Notes: generated by a model from the letters alone, not told the origin. DNA of 60,633 nt, filler included, from 4 parts of 4 records of this genome joined end to end with filler, not necessarily neighbours in it; one strand, 5' to 3'; shown: positions 47,880 through 58,169, counted from the whole stretch's first letter. A program made the numbers and translations.

Positions 47880-50036
47880 ATGACAGATCGATATCGCTGG
47901 GCAGCGTTACTGCTGACCTTCGCTAGTATGGTAGTTGGTAGCTCGGCATTTGCCCTTACCGCCAAAGAGGTGTGTACCGCCGAGATCGCCAGCAATCCTG
48001 ATGAAAACTGGCTCAGCTACGGCAAGGACTACCGAGAGCAACGCTACAGCGAACTTGCGCAGATTAACCGCGACAATGTCAGCGATCTCGGGCTCGCCTG
48101 GTCGTTTGACACAGAATACAACCGGGGCTTGGAAGCAACGCCCATCATTGTTGATGGCGTGATGTACGTAACAGGCAACTGGAGTGTGGTCTACGCGCTC
48201 GATGCGCGCAGTGGCGAGCTGCTGTGGAAGTACGACCCGAAAGTGCCTCGCGAATGGGCAAAAATGGCCTGCTGCGATGTCGTTAACCGAGGTGTTGCCG
48301 TTTACGAAGGTAAAGTCTTCGTAGGCAGTCTGGATGCGCGCTTGATCGCCTTGGACGCTGCCAGCGGCGAGGTGATTTGGGAGGTGCAAAGCGCCGATAT
48401 CAAGGCCTACCCCTACACCGTTACCGGAGCGCCTCGCGTTGCGAAAGGCTTGGTATTTATTGGTAACGGCGGGGCTGAATATGGCGTGCGCGGATTTGTC
48501 AGTGCGTTTGAAGCCGACACCGGTGAGTTGCGCTGGCGTTTTTATACCGTTCCCGGCAACCCCGCCGATGGCTTTGAAAACGATGCAATGCGCAAAGCTG
48601 CCGAGAGCTGGACGGGCAAGTGGTGGGAGTACGGCGGTGGTGGCACCGTGTGGGACAGCATTGTCTACGATGATGAGTTAGATCAGCTCTACATTGGCGT
48701 GGGTAACGGCTCCCCCTGGAATCACCGCGTTCGCAGCCCCGAAGGGGGTGACAACCTCTACCTCTCGTCCATTGTTGCCCTGGATCCCGACAGTGGTGAA
48801 TACCTCTGGCATTACCAAGAGACGCCTGCCGAAACATGGGACTACACGGCGACTCAGCACATTATGCTTGCCGATATGGAGGTGGATGGCGCTACGCGTA
48901 AAGTGATCTGGCACGCGCCGAAAAATGGCTTCTTCTTCGTGATTGATCGCGAGAATGGTCAATTACTCTCTGCCGAGCCCTATGCCGATGTGAATTGGGC
49001 AACGCATTACGATATGGCGACAGGGCGGCCGGTAGAAACCGACATTGCCCGCTACCCAGACGGCCCTGAATTGATTCGTCCCTCATCAATGGGGGCGCAC
49101 AACTGGCAGCCAATGGCCTACAGCCCCGAGACGGGTTATGTGTATATTCCTGCGATCAGCAGCTTGTTCCAGTACGAGGACGTGCAGGACTACTTGCATC
49201 GCTGGGGGCAGTGGAACCTCGGTATTCCCCTGCAACAGCCGCCGCTGCCGGACCCAATTTTGGCGCAGCTGATGACCACCAAAATGACGCGTGGCTCGCT
49301 GCTAGCGTGGGATCCGAAGACCCAAAGTGCGGCGTGGGAGCTGCCTCATAAGTTGACGTGGAACGGCGGATTGTTGGCGACCGCAGGCGGCCTTGTCTTT
49401 CAGGGCACTGCCGAGGGCGAGGTGATTGCCGTCGATGCTAAAACCGGTGACAAACTGTGGACCTTCGATGCGAAAACCGGCGTTATGGCGCCCCCGGTCA
49501 GCTACCAAATAGACGGTGAGCAGTACGTAACTATTTTGGTCGGATGGGGCGGTGCCTTCGGCTTGATTGCCGGCCTGGAAAGAGAACATGCGCCGCCACC
49601 GAGCCGGGTGCTTACGTTTAAGCTGGGCGCTTCGGGTGCCTTGCCCGACAATCCTGAAAAGCAGCTTCACGAGCCGCCGCCGAGACTGACCGAAGACGAG
49701 GCCGTATTAAACGAAGGCCGTGAACTCTATTACGCCTATTGCAGCGCGTGCCACGGCACAGAAGTTATTTCGAATGGCGCGATCCCTGATCTTCGTCACT
49801 TGCCTCGGGCATTTCATGACAATTTCAATGCCATCGTGCTTGATGGGGTAATGAGTAAGCTCGGGATGGTCGGCTTTGGCGATGTACTCAACGAGGAGCA
49901 GGCCTACGCCGTTCACGCGTATATTCTTGAGCAGGCGAATATCAATAAAGAACTTCGTGAGCAACCACAGTGGTGGCGCGATATTAAAGCCTGGTTCTTT
50001 TCTGGTTTGGCCTGGTTGGTTGGCTTACTGACGTAG
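47880..50036 (+). CDS. PQQ-dependent quinohemoprotein (type II) alcohol dehydrogenase
   Basis: Signal peptide, ACCDVVNRG vicinal Cys, GNGGAE, WDYTATQ, GAHNW, heme motif CSACHG. Confidence 0.92.
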   Translation: MTDRYRWAALLLTFASMVVGSSAFALTAKEVCTAEIASNPDENWLSYGKDYREQRYSELAQINRDNVSDLGLAWSFDTEYNRGLEATPIIVDGVMYVTGNWSVVYALDARSGELLWKYDPKVPREWAKMACCDVVNRGVAVYEGKVFVGSLDARLIALDAASGEVIWEVQSADIKAYPYTVTGAPRVAKGLVFIGNGGAEYGVRGFVSAFEADTGELRWRFYTVPGNPADGFENDAMRKAAESWTGKWWEYGGGGTVWDSIVYDDELDQLYIGVGNGSPWNHRVRSPEGGDNLYLSSIVALDPDSGEYLWHYQETPAETWDYTATQHIMLADMEVDGATRKVIWHAPKNGFFFVIDRENGQLLSAEPYADVNWATHYDMATGRPVETDIARYPDGPELIRPSSMGAHNWQPMAYSPETGYVYIPAISSLFQYEDVQDYLHRWGQWNLGIPLQQPPLPDPILAQLMTTKMTRGSLLAWDPKTQSAAWELPHKLTWNGGLLATAGGLVFQGTAEGEVIAVDAKTGDKLWTFDAKTGVMAPPVSYQIDGEQYVTILVGWGGAFGLIAGLEREHAPPPSRVLTFKLGASGALPDNPEKQLHEPPPRLTEDEAVLNEGRELYYAYCSACHGTEVISNGAIPDLRHLPRAFHDNFNAIVLDGVMSKLGMVGFGDVLNEEQAYAVHAYILEQANINKELREQPQWWRDIKAWFFSGLAWLVGLLT

Positions 50037-50110
50037 CTCGTTTAGCAAGCCCTTATGAAGAGGCCGAATGGCCTCTTTTTAGTTTGAGTGTCAGCGACAG
50101 GAGAAAAGGT

Positions 50111-51130
50111 ATGTACCGGCGAGTGGAATTAACAGCCTTTGGTGGCCCGGAGAAACTGGTCATCAAAAGAGAAACGGCACTCCCTGAGCCCGGCGTTGGC
50201 GAATTACGCGTGAAAGTGCTGGCTGCTGGTACCGGCTTTACAGACACCATTATTCGCCAAGGGCAGTACGTTGGCGTGAAGGAGAAGCCGCCTTTTACAC
50301 CTGGTTACGACTGGTTTGGTGTTGTTGATGCCGTTGGTGACGGGGTTAGCGACTTTGCGGTGGGCGATGCGGTGGCGGATATGCCAGTGATCGGCGGCTA
50401 CACCGAGTATCTCTGTGTTCCCGCAAGCCAGGTCGTGCCCGCGCCGCCTAATTTAGATGCGGCGTCGGCAGTGTGTATGATTCTGTCATATACAACGGCC
50501 TACCAAATGTTGACCCGCGAGGCCAATATGCGCGAGGGGCAGAGCTGCCTTATTCACGCTGCCGGCGGTGCCGTGGGCACGGCGTTATTGGAGCTCGGGC
50601 GCCATATGGGGCTGAAAATGTATGGCACGGGCTCAGCGTCTAAAAAAGAGGTGATTGAGCGTTTTGGGGCGACCCATATTGATTATCGCAGCAGTGACTT
50701 TGAGGCGGAGATAAAGCGTTTAACCGGTGGCGAAGGCGTCGATGCGGTCTTTGACACCATCGGCGGCAAAAACTGGTCGCGCTCATACCGCTGCCTTAAG
50801 TCGGGGGGGGGTCTGGTGGGCTTTGGTGCCCTGCAACTGACAACGGGAGAGGAGAGCGTGCCCAGTGTGATATTTGGCTTTGCCAAATTACTGGGTCTGT
50901 GGAAGTTGCTGCCCGATGGTAAGAAAACGCGGTTCTACAATATTCAAACCCGGCGTGAGAAACAGCCCGATGATTTTATCGCCGATGTAAGCGCCTTGTT
51001 TGCCATGCTGGCTGCGGGAGAGTTGCAGCCGGTTATCGCCGAGCGCGCGCGCTTGGATGACATTATTGAGATCCATCAGCGCCTTGACCGGGGTGAAATT
51101 GCCGGGAAAGTCGTGCTCGAAATGGCCTGA
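50111..51130 (+). CDS. medium-chain dehydrogenase/reductase (Zn-free, QOR-like)
   Basis: PFTPGYD, IHAAGGAVG, GVDAVFDTIG, GKVVL; no Zn-binding Cys cluster. Confidence 0.85.
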   Translation: MYRRVELTAFGGPEKLVIKRETALPEPGVGELRVKVLAAGTGFTDTIIRQGQYVGVKEKPPFTPGYDWFGVVDAVGDGVSDFAVGDAVADMPVIGGYTEYLCVPASQVVPAPPNLDAASAVCMILSYTTAYQMLTREANMREGQSCLIHAAGGAVGTALLELGRHMGLKMYGTGSASKKEVIERFGATHIDYRSSDFEAEIKRLTGGEGVDAVFDTIGGKNWSRSYRCLKSGGGLVGFGALQLTTGEESVPSVIFGFAKLLGLWKLLPDGKKTRFYNIQTRREKQPDDFIADVSALFAMLAAGELQPVIAERARLDDIIEIHQRLDRGEIAGKVVLEMA

Positions 51131-51293
51131 TCCCCCCTCTATCATCGCCGGGGCCCCCGTCGCCCCGGCTTATCCGTATTTACCCTTACATGCGCTGCCC
51201 ATATAACAAATTTGTTGAATAAATTCGGGGCGCGCGATTGTGTCTAACGCATTCCCTATGGTAACGCCTGAAGTTTTGCACTGAGGTTACCAG

Positions 51294-51505
51294 TTTTCCA
51301 CATAATCTGTGGATAAGTTAGTGGGTAAGTTGTCAGTTTGTGGCGCTAGGTACGATGGAATCGGCCTTGTAACAAATTGTTCAAAATTTAGCCATTATTG
51401 CAAAAGTCAATAAAAACAATAAGTTGTGGTGTTTTTGTGATTTTTTGTATGACTTTTGAGCGCTAAGCTTGTCACATTTGCTACAGCAGCCCTAACTGTG
51501 AATAA
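51294..51505. promoter_or_regulatory. DARS2-like element (DnaA boxes plus Fis-like and IHF-like sites)
   Basis: TTTTCCACA-5bp-TGTGGATAA-3bp-AGTGGGTAA (51294-51328); Fis-like GTTCAAAATTTAGCC (51379-51393); IHF-like AAACAATAAGTTG (51414-51426); distal box TGTGAATAA (51497-51505). Confidence 0.65.
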
Positions 51506-51595
51506 GTGTTACGTCAATAGTTGATTTATGTAACGTGTTACCAAACGCCACCATGTTGCAGTGTGGCGCACGGTAATGCTCATAGATGGTGCATT

Positions 51596-51961
51596 TCAGC
51601 GCGCGCCAGGGCCCGCATAGCTGCAACCGCTGGTGCAGGTTTCACGCATCTCGACCCGAAGTAGCGCAGGTAATTGCGGCTTGAGCTTCTGCCAAATCCA
51701 GATCGCCAGGTTTTCGCTTGTCGGATTCTCTAGGCCGGGGATGTCGTTGAGATAGTAGTGATCCAATTGGTCGATAATCGGCTTAACGGCAGCTTTGATA
51801 TCACCGAAGTCCATAATCCAGCCAGTGTGGCTATCAGGTTCCCCGCCGACCACTATGCGTAATAGAAAGCTGTGCCCATGCAGTCGTGCACATTTGTGCC
51901 CTTCGGGAACGTTGGGTAGGCGGTGAGCGGCTTCAAAAGTAAATTCTTTGAAAATTTCCAC
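51596..51961 (-). CDS. queD: 6-carboxytetrahydropterin synthase
   Basis: [46 protein letters not shown] start. Confidence 0.95.
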   Translation of the reverse strand: MEIFKEFTFEAAHRLPNVPEGHKCARLHGHSFLLRIVVGGEPDSHTGWIMDFGDIKAAVKPIIDQLDHYYLNDIPGLENPTSENLAIWIWQKLKPQLPALLRVEMRETCTSGCSYAGPGAR

Positions 51962-52043
51962 AGATTAATCTCTGGCTGAACGAGTGGGGCGGCTATGGTA
52001 ATCAGCTGTGTATAAGCTGTACAGCATGCCGCTAAATCCAATT

Positions 52044-52193
52044 GTTCATTTGCTGTGCAGAATGAACAATTAATGAGCTTCCTTTTGTACGAAAAATAAG
52101 CGAAATCAGTTGGATAGCGTTTTTTTCATAAAATTTTAAAAAAACTTATCGGAGAGGTTTGACAAGAAAAGCGATTACTGTAGAATGCGCCTC
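52044..52193 (+). promoter_or_regulatory. stable-RNA sigma70 promoter with Fis-like sites and UP element
   Basis: TTGACA (52159-64), 16 bp, TAGAAT (52181-86), GC discriminator GCGCCTC; A/T tract upstream; Fis-like 15-mers at 52044, 52064, 52087. Confidence 0.85.
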
Positions 52194-52206
52194 ACTCGAT
52201 TGAGAG

Positions 52207-52235
52207 GGGTGATTAGCTCAGCTGGGAGAGCATCT
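52207..52235 (+). tRNA. tRNA-Val (probably TAC), 5' fragment cut by gap
   Basis: GGGTGATTAGCTCAGCTGGGAGAGCATCT matches the gammaproteobacterial tRNA-Val acceptor and D-arm; anticodon not visible. Confidence 0.8.
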
Positions 52236-52335
52236 NNNNNNNNNNNNNNNNNNNNNNNNNNNNNNNNNNNNNNNNNNNNTTAATTAATTAANNNNNNNNN
52301 NNNNNNNNNNNNNNNNNNNNNNNNNNNNNNNNNNN
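52236..52335. other. artificial contig linker
   Basis: N-run, TTAATTAATTAA (52280-52291), N-run. Confidence 0.98.
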
Positions 52336-52336
52336 C

Positions 52337-52720
52337 CTGCTGGCACTTCGCAAGCAAAAGCCGCAATCCACTCTGGCGCAGTATCTCAACCAGCATCTTC
52401 CCAAACGTTTTGCCCAGGCATTTAATGAACTTCAGGGCTGGCAGGGCCCTCTGCAAGGTTGCAGCAATCAGGACATCGAGCAGATTGCCGACACCCTGGG
52501 CAACTGGACGGTGAAACCGGCCGGCACCGAGGGTTATCGAACCGCAGAAGTGACACTGGGCGGAGTCGATACGCGCCAGCTCTCGTCCAAAACCATGGCG
52601 GTTCTGGACCGGCCGAATCTGTTTTTTATTGGCGAAGTGGTGGACGTGACCGGGCACCTGGGTGGTCACAATTTCCAGTGGGCCTGGGCGTCTGGAGTCG
52701 CTGCCGGCAACGAGGCCTGA
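52337..52720 (+). CDS. HI0933/YhiN-family flavoprotein, 3' fragment
   Basis: GTEGYRTAEVTLGGVD, LFFIGEVVDVTGHLGGHNFQWAWASG. Confidence 0.9.
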   Translation: MLALRKQKPQSTLAQYLNQHLPKRFAQAFNELQGWQGPLQGCSNQDIEQIADTLGNWTVKPAGTEGYRTAEVTLGGVDTRQLSSKTMAVLDRPNLFFIGEVVDVTGHLGGHNFQWAWASGVAAGNEA

Positions 52721-52726
52721 GCCCCG

Positions 52727-54247
52727 CTACAGGTATTTCTCGATAGGCAACCACGACAGCATCCGCGACATGGCCCGGCGCCAGAAACCCACCTCCGGCT
52801 CGTGCTGCACCTCCTGCCCCTCTGACCGCCAGACCAGTTCATCCTGGCCATTCAGCTCAACCCGCCAGCTGTTCCGGGGCTCCATGGCGTAACGGATATC
52901 GTCCGCCACGGCACCGGCGAGCTCTGGGCTTTTGATCACCAGCACCGTCTCACCATTGAGATAAATGGAACGCAGATTCACGTTAAAGGAACCGATAAAC
53001 AGGGTTTCCCGATCAAACACCACCGCTTTGGAATGAAGGCTTACCTCACCGCCGTCACAGGCCGCGCTGGCGGCCACCCAACGTTGGCAGGCAGGGGCAT
53101 CCGGTCGCAATTCGTGCAGCTCAATACCCTGTTCCAGCATCGCCCGGCGCCAGCGGGCATAACCCGAATGATTGGTCACCAGATCATTCGTCGCCAGGGA
53201 GTTGGTCAGTGCAGCGACCTCCAGGCGACCGTTGCCAATTCCGTCAACCGCTTTCAGCTGGTTGTCGGTGAGGATCAGATACGCCGATTCAATCAAAATC
53301 TCGGAGCGAGCGTCCTCTACCAGTTCATACAGGGCTTGTGCGGTTCTCTGGGGAGCCTCTGCCGGTGCATCCGGGTCTTCGGGAGGCGGATCGAACACCA
53401 GTTCGGCGGGTGCGGACACGGTGTTGGCAAACAGGGTTTCCAGATAGCCCCTTGCCGTTTGCCGGTTTCCTGGTGGCTCGATGTGGTAATGCCGCGAGGC
53501 GGCAGATTCAATCAGGGCGCTGAGCTTCGGTTGTGCCTGTTCAGACTTGGGATAAAGCTCTGCCAGCGGCAAGGTCCAGGGACTGTCCCAGTAGGCCTCG
53601 AAATTGGCGGTCATGTCCCCCGCCAACGGCCCCAGCACCAGAACATCGCGATCCCGGAAGTTCAGTGTCGGATGCTGATCGAAGTACTCATCCCCGATGT
53701 TCCTGCCCCCGGCAATACCCACAAGACCGTCCACCACAAAGGTTTTGTTGTGCATGCGCCGGTTGATGCGATCAAAGTCAGTGATAAACGAGAGCCAGCG
53801 GCCAAAGCCATCCCGGGACCGGGATGGGTTGAAAATACGCACGCGGATATTGGCATGGGCATCCAGGAGGGCGAACAGGGATTCCTTGCCAGCGACGTTT
53901 ATATCGTCCAACAGCAGGCGAATCACCACTCCGCGATCCGCGGCCGCAACCAAGCGGCTGGCCAGGTAGCGGCCGCTGTCATCGTCGTTCCAGATGTAAT
54001 ACTGGGCGTCGATGCGCTGGCTGGCAGTCTCGATCAGTGCGGCCCGGGCCAGAAAGGCATCCTGGCCGGTGTTCAGCAGTTTTACCGCCGGCAACCCGGC
54101 GCCGACCCGCTCTTCGCTCTGTGCCTGCAGAAAAGCGTCTGGCTCCGAAACAACCGGTATTGCCGGCCCGTGTTCCATCGGCTTGATCCCTCCTGCACAG
54201 CCAGCAAGGACAACCAGGGATATCAGGGGCAATAACCTTCTGATCAT
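52727..54247 (-). CDS. phospholipase D family lipoprotein (ClsC/YmdC-like)
   Basis: Lipobox LAGC; two HKD motifs (HNKTFVVD, HSKAVVFD); GGRNIGDEYF. Confidence 0.9.
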   Translation of the reverse strand: MIRRLLPLISLVVLAGCAGGIKPMEHGPAIPVVSEPDAFLQAQSEERVGAGLPAVKLLNTGQDAFLARAALIETASQRIDAQYYIWNDDDSGRYLASRLVAAADRGVVIRLLLDDINVAGKESLFALLDAHANIRVRIFNPSRSRDGFGRWLSFITDFDRINRRMHNKTFVVDGLVGIAGGRNIGDEYFDQHPTLNFRDRDVLVLGPLAGDMTANFEAYWDSPWTLPLAELYPKSEQAQPKLSALIESAASRHYHIEPPGNRQTARGYLETLFANTVSAPAELVFDPPPEDPDAPAEAPQRTAQALYELVEDARSEILIESAYLILTDNQLKAVDGIGNGRLEVAALTNSLATNDLVTNHSGYARWRRAMLEQGIELHELRPDAPACQRWVAASAACDGGEVSLHSKAVVFDRETLFIGSFNVNLRSIYLNGETVLVIKSPELAGAVADDIRYAMEPRNSWRVELNGQDELVWRSEGQEVQHEPEVGFWRRAMSRMLSWLPIEKYL

Positions 54248-54287
54248 CGGCTTCTCCTCTCGGCTGCCTGTGAGCAATGGTTGCTCC

Positions 54288-55226
54288 TTATCTGAGAATA
54301 ACCAGCGGCTTGTGCGCGGTTTTCAGCATGGTGGTTGTTGTACTGCCCACCAGAAACTGGCGGATTCGCGAGTGGCCGTAAGCGCCCATCACCAGAATGT
54401 CGATGCTGTGCTCTTCCTGATAGGCGTGCAGCGTGGGCTCCACATCGCCAGCGCGGATAGCCAGCGTGATCTCAACACCGAGACCTTCCAGCATTTTTTC
54501 CGCTTTTTTCAGTTGCTCCCAACGATCGGCCGTGTCGGCTCCAACCATCACCAGGTGTAAAGGCATGCCCCGTAACACCGGGCTGGCCGCAATCATCTCA
54601 ATGCCCTTGAAGGCGGTCGCGGAACCATCAAAGGCCACCATGGCACTTTTCGGCTCGCTGTATTCATCTGGCACCAGTAGAATCGGATGATGCACACTAC
54701 GGATCACGGTCTCAAGCTGGCTACCGATGTGCACATCGCGATCGGAACTGCTTTCACCGTGCAACCCCATCACAAATAGCCGGGTTTCTTTTTCCAGCGC
54801 GGTCAGAGCCTCGGCCAGGTTGTCATGGCGCTGGCGCTTGACCGTCTCGCCAATACCCGCAGTTTTTACCCTGGCCTCTGCTTCGTCCAGCATGTGGTGG
54901 CCATGCTCCAGGGCAAGCTTGGAGCGCTTACGGTCCAGCTCCGCCAGCTCATCCAGCAATTGCTCGCGGCTGCCAAGGCCGATGCTGCCAGCCAGATCCG
55001 GTTCGGCCGGATACCGTTCTTCATCCAGAACATGCAGCAGCATCAGCGGCGTGTCCATGTGGCGGCTGGCCCAGGCGGCAAAATCGCACACTGCAGGGGC
55101 GGCCCGGGAACCGTCAATACACGCCACAATTCTCAACTTGTCTGCCGTCATAGCTGCCTCGCCTTGCGCCTGATTCTGGCTGTTATTATTGCTGCGAATG
55201 TCAGAGTTTTCTTTGGTCTGAGTCAT
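54288..55226 (-). CDS. universal stress protein (tandem Usp domains)
   Basis: IVACIDGS, IGSQLETVIR, VMGAYGHSRIRQFLVGSTT; alternative start 55151. Confidence 0.92.
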   Translation of the reverse strand: MTQTKENSDIRSNNNSQNQAQGEAAMTADKLRIVACIDGSRAAPAVCDFAAWASRHMDTPLMLLHVLDEERYPAEPDLAGSIGLGSREQLLDELAELDRKRSKLALEHGHHMLDEAEARVKTAGIGETVKRQRHDNLAEALTALEKETRLFVMGLHGESSSDRDVHIGSQLETVIRSVHHPILLVPDEYSEPKSAMVAFDGSATAFKGIEMIAASPVLRGMPLHLVMVGADTADRWEQLKKAEKMLEGLGVEITLAIRAGDVEPTLHAYQEEHSIDILVMGAYGHSRIRQFLVGSTTTTMLKTAHKPLVILR

Positions 55227-55227
55227 A

Positions 55228-56715
55228 TCAGTGCCCCATCAGCTGGTCAACGGCGTCGGGCTTGTCGTGCACCCCGAAGCGGTCAACGATGGTGGCACTG
55301 GCCTCATTGAGGCCAATCACTTCCACATCCGCACCCTCACGGCGGAACTTGATCACTGCCTTGTCCAGCGCGCCAACGGCGGTAATGTCCCAGAAGTGCG
55401 CGCGGCTGAGGTCTATCACAACATTGTCCACCGCTTCCTTGAAGTCAAAGGATTCCAGGAATTTTTCCGAGGAACTGAAAAACACCTGGCCCACCACGGT
55501 ATAGCGACGGGTATCCGTTGCCTCGTCCAGCTCGGAGGTCACCAGCATGTAATGGCCAACCTTGTTGGCGAAGAACAGGGCCGCCAGCAGCACACCGGCC
55601 AGCACGCCGAAAGCCAGGTTGTGGGTGGCGACTACCACAATGACCGTAACCAGCATCACGATATTGGTGGACAATGGGTGCTCCCTGAGATTACGGATGG
55701 AATCCCAGCTAAAGGTACCGATGGAGACCATAATCATCACGGCCACCAGGGCGGCCATCGGAATCTGCACCAGCCACTTGTCGAGCACCAACACCAGAAT
55801 CAGCAGAAAGACACCGGCCGTGAGCGTGGATAAACGTGTGCGACCACCGGATTTCACGTTGATGATGGACTGACCGATCATCGCGCAGCCGGCCATGCCG
55901 CCCAGCAAGCCGGAACCGATATTGGCAATGCCCTGGCCCTTGCACTCGCGGTTACGGTCGCTGGTAGTGTCCGTAAGATCATCGACAATCGTCGCCGTCA
56001 TCAAGGATTCCAGCAGCCCTACCACGGCAAGACCGAGTGAATAAGGCAGGATGATCATTAGGGTTTCCAGCGTCAGCGGTACGTCTGGCCACAGAAAAAT
56101 CGGCAAGGTATCCGGCAATTCACCCATATCACCTACGGTACGAATATCCAGCCCCATAACCATGGAGACAATGGTCAAACCGACGATGCAAACCAGCGGA
56201 GACGGAATCAACTTGCCCACAGTGGGTATCAGCGGGAAGAGATAGATAATAGCCAGGCCAGCGGCGGTCATGGCGTAGACATGCCAGGTCACATTGGTGA
56301 GTTCCGGCAACTGGGCCATAAAAATCAGGATGGCCAGAGCGTTCACGAAACCGGTCACCACTGAACGGGATACAAACCGCATCAAGCCGCCCAGTTTCAG
56401 GTAGCCGGCGGCAATCTGGATCACACCGGTCAGCAGGGTTGCCGCCAGCAGGTATTGCAGCCCATGCTCTTTCACCAGCGTCACCATCAGCAGCGCCATG
56501 GCGCCGGTGGCCGCCGAGATCATTCCCGGGCGGCCACCTACAAAGGCAATAATCACGGCAATACAGAAGGAGGCATACAAGCCCACTTTAGGGTCAACCC
56601 CGGCAATGATAGAGAAGGCAATCGCCTCCGGAATCAGTGCCAGCGCAACTACGGTTCCGGCGAGTAAGTCGCCACGGATGTTCGAAAACCAGTTCTGCTT
56701 GAGTGCGTTTGTCAT
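55228..56715 (-). CDS. SulP/SLC26 anion transporter with STAS domain
   Basis: [39 protein letters not shown] ([11 protein letters not shown]). Confidence 0.93.
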   Translation of the reverse strand: MTNALKQNWFSNIRGDLLAGTVVALALIPEAIAFSIIAGVDPKVGLYASFCIAVIIAFVGGRPGMISAATGAMALLMVTLVKEHGLQYLLAATLLTGVIQIAAGYLKLGGLMRFVSRSVVTGFVNALAILIFMAQLPELTNVTWHVYAMTAAGLAIIYLFPLIPTVGKLIPSPLVCIVGLTIVSMVMGLDIRTVGDMGELPDTLPIFLWPDVPLTLETLMIILPYSLGLAVVGLLESLMTATIVDDLTDTTSDRNRECKGQGIANIGSGLLGGMAGCAMIGQSIINVKSGGRTRLSTLTAGVFLLILVLVLDKWLVQIPMAALVAVMIMVSIGTFSWDSIRNLREHPLSTNIVMLVTVIVVVATHNLAFGVLAGVLLAALFFANKVGHYMLVTSELDEATDTRRYTVVGQVFFSSSEKFLESFDFKEAVDNVVIDLSRAHFWDITAVGALDKAVIKFRREGADVEVIGLNEASATIVDRFGVHDKPDAVDQLMGH

Positions 56716-56884
56716 GGTCAGGGGTGTCGCTTTCAATTCCTGGGGATATCAGATCGGGGCCGCGAAGGGTACCAGAAACCGTCCTGAAAGTATGGCCAGA
56801 CTGGCCATCCAGACAGACCGGGGGTGCCGCCGGGGCCGCTAATTGCCTAGAATGCGTTTAAATAATCTTTGTGGTGACAAGTAC

Positions 56885-58165
56885 ATGGACGATGTAGCAA
56901 GCCAGTTCCTAAACGCCAACCAGACCACCATCAATCTGGCCGTGGCCTTGCTGCTCGGGGCCATCATTGGCCTGGAGCGGGGCTGGGATGCCCGGGAGCA
57001 GAAATCCGGGGAACGCATTGCCGGTATCCGCACCTTCTCACTGGTCGGGCTGTTGGGCGGTATTGCCGCCGTATTGTCAGAGCAGATTACCCCCTGGGCC
57101 TTTCCGGTATTGCTACTCAGTGTAGTGGCCATGGGGCTGGTGGCCTACAGCGAGCGCCTGGAACACATCCGCAATTTCAGCATTACCGGCATGGTCGGCA
57201 TGTTGCTGACCTTCTGTTTCGGCGCTGTTGCCGTGGCGGTGGATCCTGTGATCGCCACCGCTGCTGCGGTGGTCACCGCCATCATTCTGGACAACAAGGA
57301 AGAAATCCACGGCTGGGTGCACAAGCTTCAGGCCAGCGAACTCGACGCTGCCCTTAAACTGCTTTTGATCTCGGTGGTGATGCTGCCTCTGCTGCCAAAC
57401 GAGGCCATGGGCCCGGGTGGCGTGCTCAACCCCCGGGAAATCTGGTGGATGGTGGTGATGATCGCCTCCATCTCATTTGTCGGTTACTTTGCCATCCGGG
57501 TGGCCGGAGCTCGCAAAGGCATTCTGTTCACCAGCCTGTTTGCCGGGCTGAGTTCATCTACCGCCCTGAGCCTGCACTTCGCCCGGCAATCGGCGAAAAA
57601 CCCCGACTTCAGCCCGCAGTTTGCTGCCGGCATCCTGATTGCCTGCGGCACCATGTTCCCCCGGATTCTGGTTTATTGCCTGGTCATCAACAAGGCACTG
57701 CTGCCCAGCCTGATCTGGCCGGTCGCCATGATGACCACCCTCCTCTACGTGCCCGCGCTGATCATTTGGCGCCGCAACGCCCGGCAACTGCAGGTGAGCC
57801 AGCCCACCATGAACCAGAACCCGCTGGATCTCTCTTCCGCACTGGTGTTCAGTTTCTTGCTGACCGCCATTCTGTTACTGGGGGAATTCCTCAAGAATGC
57901 CTTTGGCGATGTCGGCATTTACGCCCTGGCCGCCACCTCTGGCGTGGCGGATGTCGATGCCATCACCCTGTCTCTTACCCGGATGTCCAACGATGGCCTG
58001 GGCATGGATGCAGCCGTGCTGGGGATTGTCATCGCGGCAGCGGTGAACAATCTGGTGAAATCTGGCATCGCCTGGAGTATCGGCAACCGACAAACCGGTC
58101 TGCTGGTGGCTGGCCCGATGGTGTTATCTCTGGCCGCAGGCCTGTTGGTCGCCTGGCTGCAATAA
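56885..58165 (+). CDS. MgtC/SapB-DUF4010 membrane protein
   Basis: LGAIIGLERG, AGIRTF, LLPLLPN, GLSSSTA, SGVADVDAI. Confidence 0.88.
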   Translation: MDDVASQFLNANQTTINLAVALLLGAIIGLERGWDAREQKSGERIAGIRTFSLVGLLGGIAAVLSEQITPWAFPVLLLSVVAMGLVAYSERLEHIRNFSITGMVGMLLTFCFGAVAVAVDPVIATAAAVVTAIILDNKEEIHGWVHKLQASELDAALKLLLISVVMLPLLPNEAMGPGGVLNPREIWWMVVMIASISFVGYFAIRVAGARKGILFTSLFAGLSSSTALSLHFARQSAKNPDFSPQFAAGILIACGTMFPRILVYCLVINKALLPSLIWPVAMMTTLLYVPALIIWRRNARQLQVSQPTMNQNPLDLSSALVFSFLLTAILLLGEFLKNAFGDVGIYALAATSGVADVDAITLSLTRMSNDGLGMDAAVLGIVIAAAVNNLVKSGIAWSIGNRQTGLLVAGPMVLSLAAGLLVAWLQ

Positions 58166-58169
58166 GGTT

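Noticed and set aside
47880-50036. Lanthanide-dependent PQQ dehydrogenase
   Set aside because: Active-site motif is WDYTATQ, lacking the extra Asp of D-x-D in XoxF/PedH, so it is Ca-type
51294-51505. Chromosomal oriC
   Set aside because: No dnaA, mnmG or rpmH context, few boxes and no evident DUE repeats; a DARS-like layout fits better
52207-52336. tRNA as integration site for the downstream DNA
   Set aside because: The tRNA is cut by the contig end and the downstream DNA belongs to another contig
53033-54235. Long antisense ORFs (also 1930-2856, 14798-15673, 23750-24712, 59670-60623)
   Set aside because: Shadows of well-supported genes in GC-rich DNA, with no recognisable motifs
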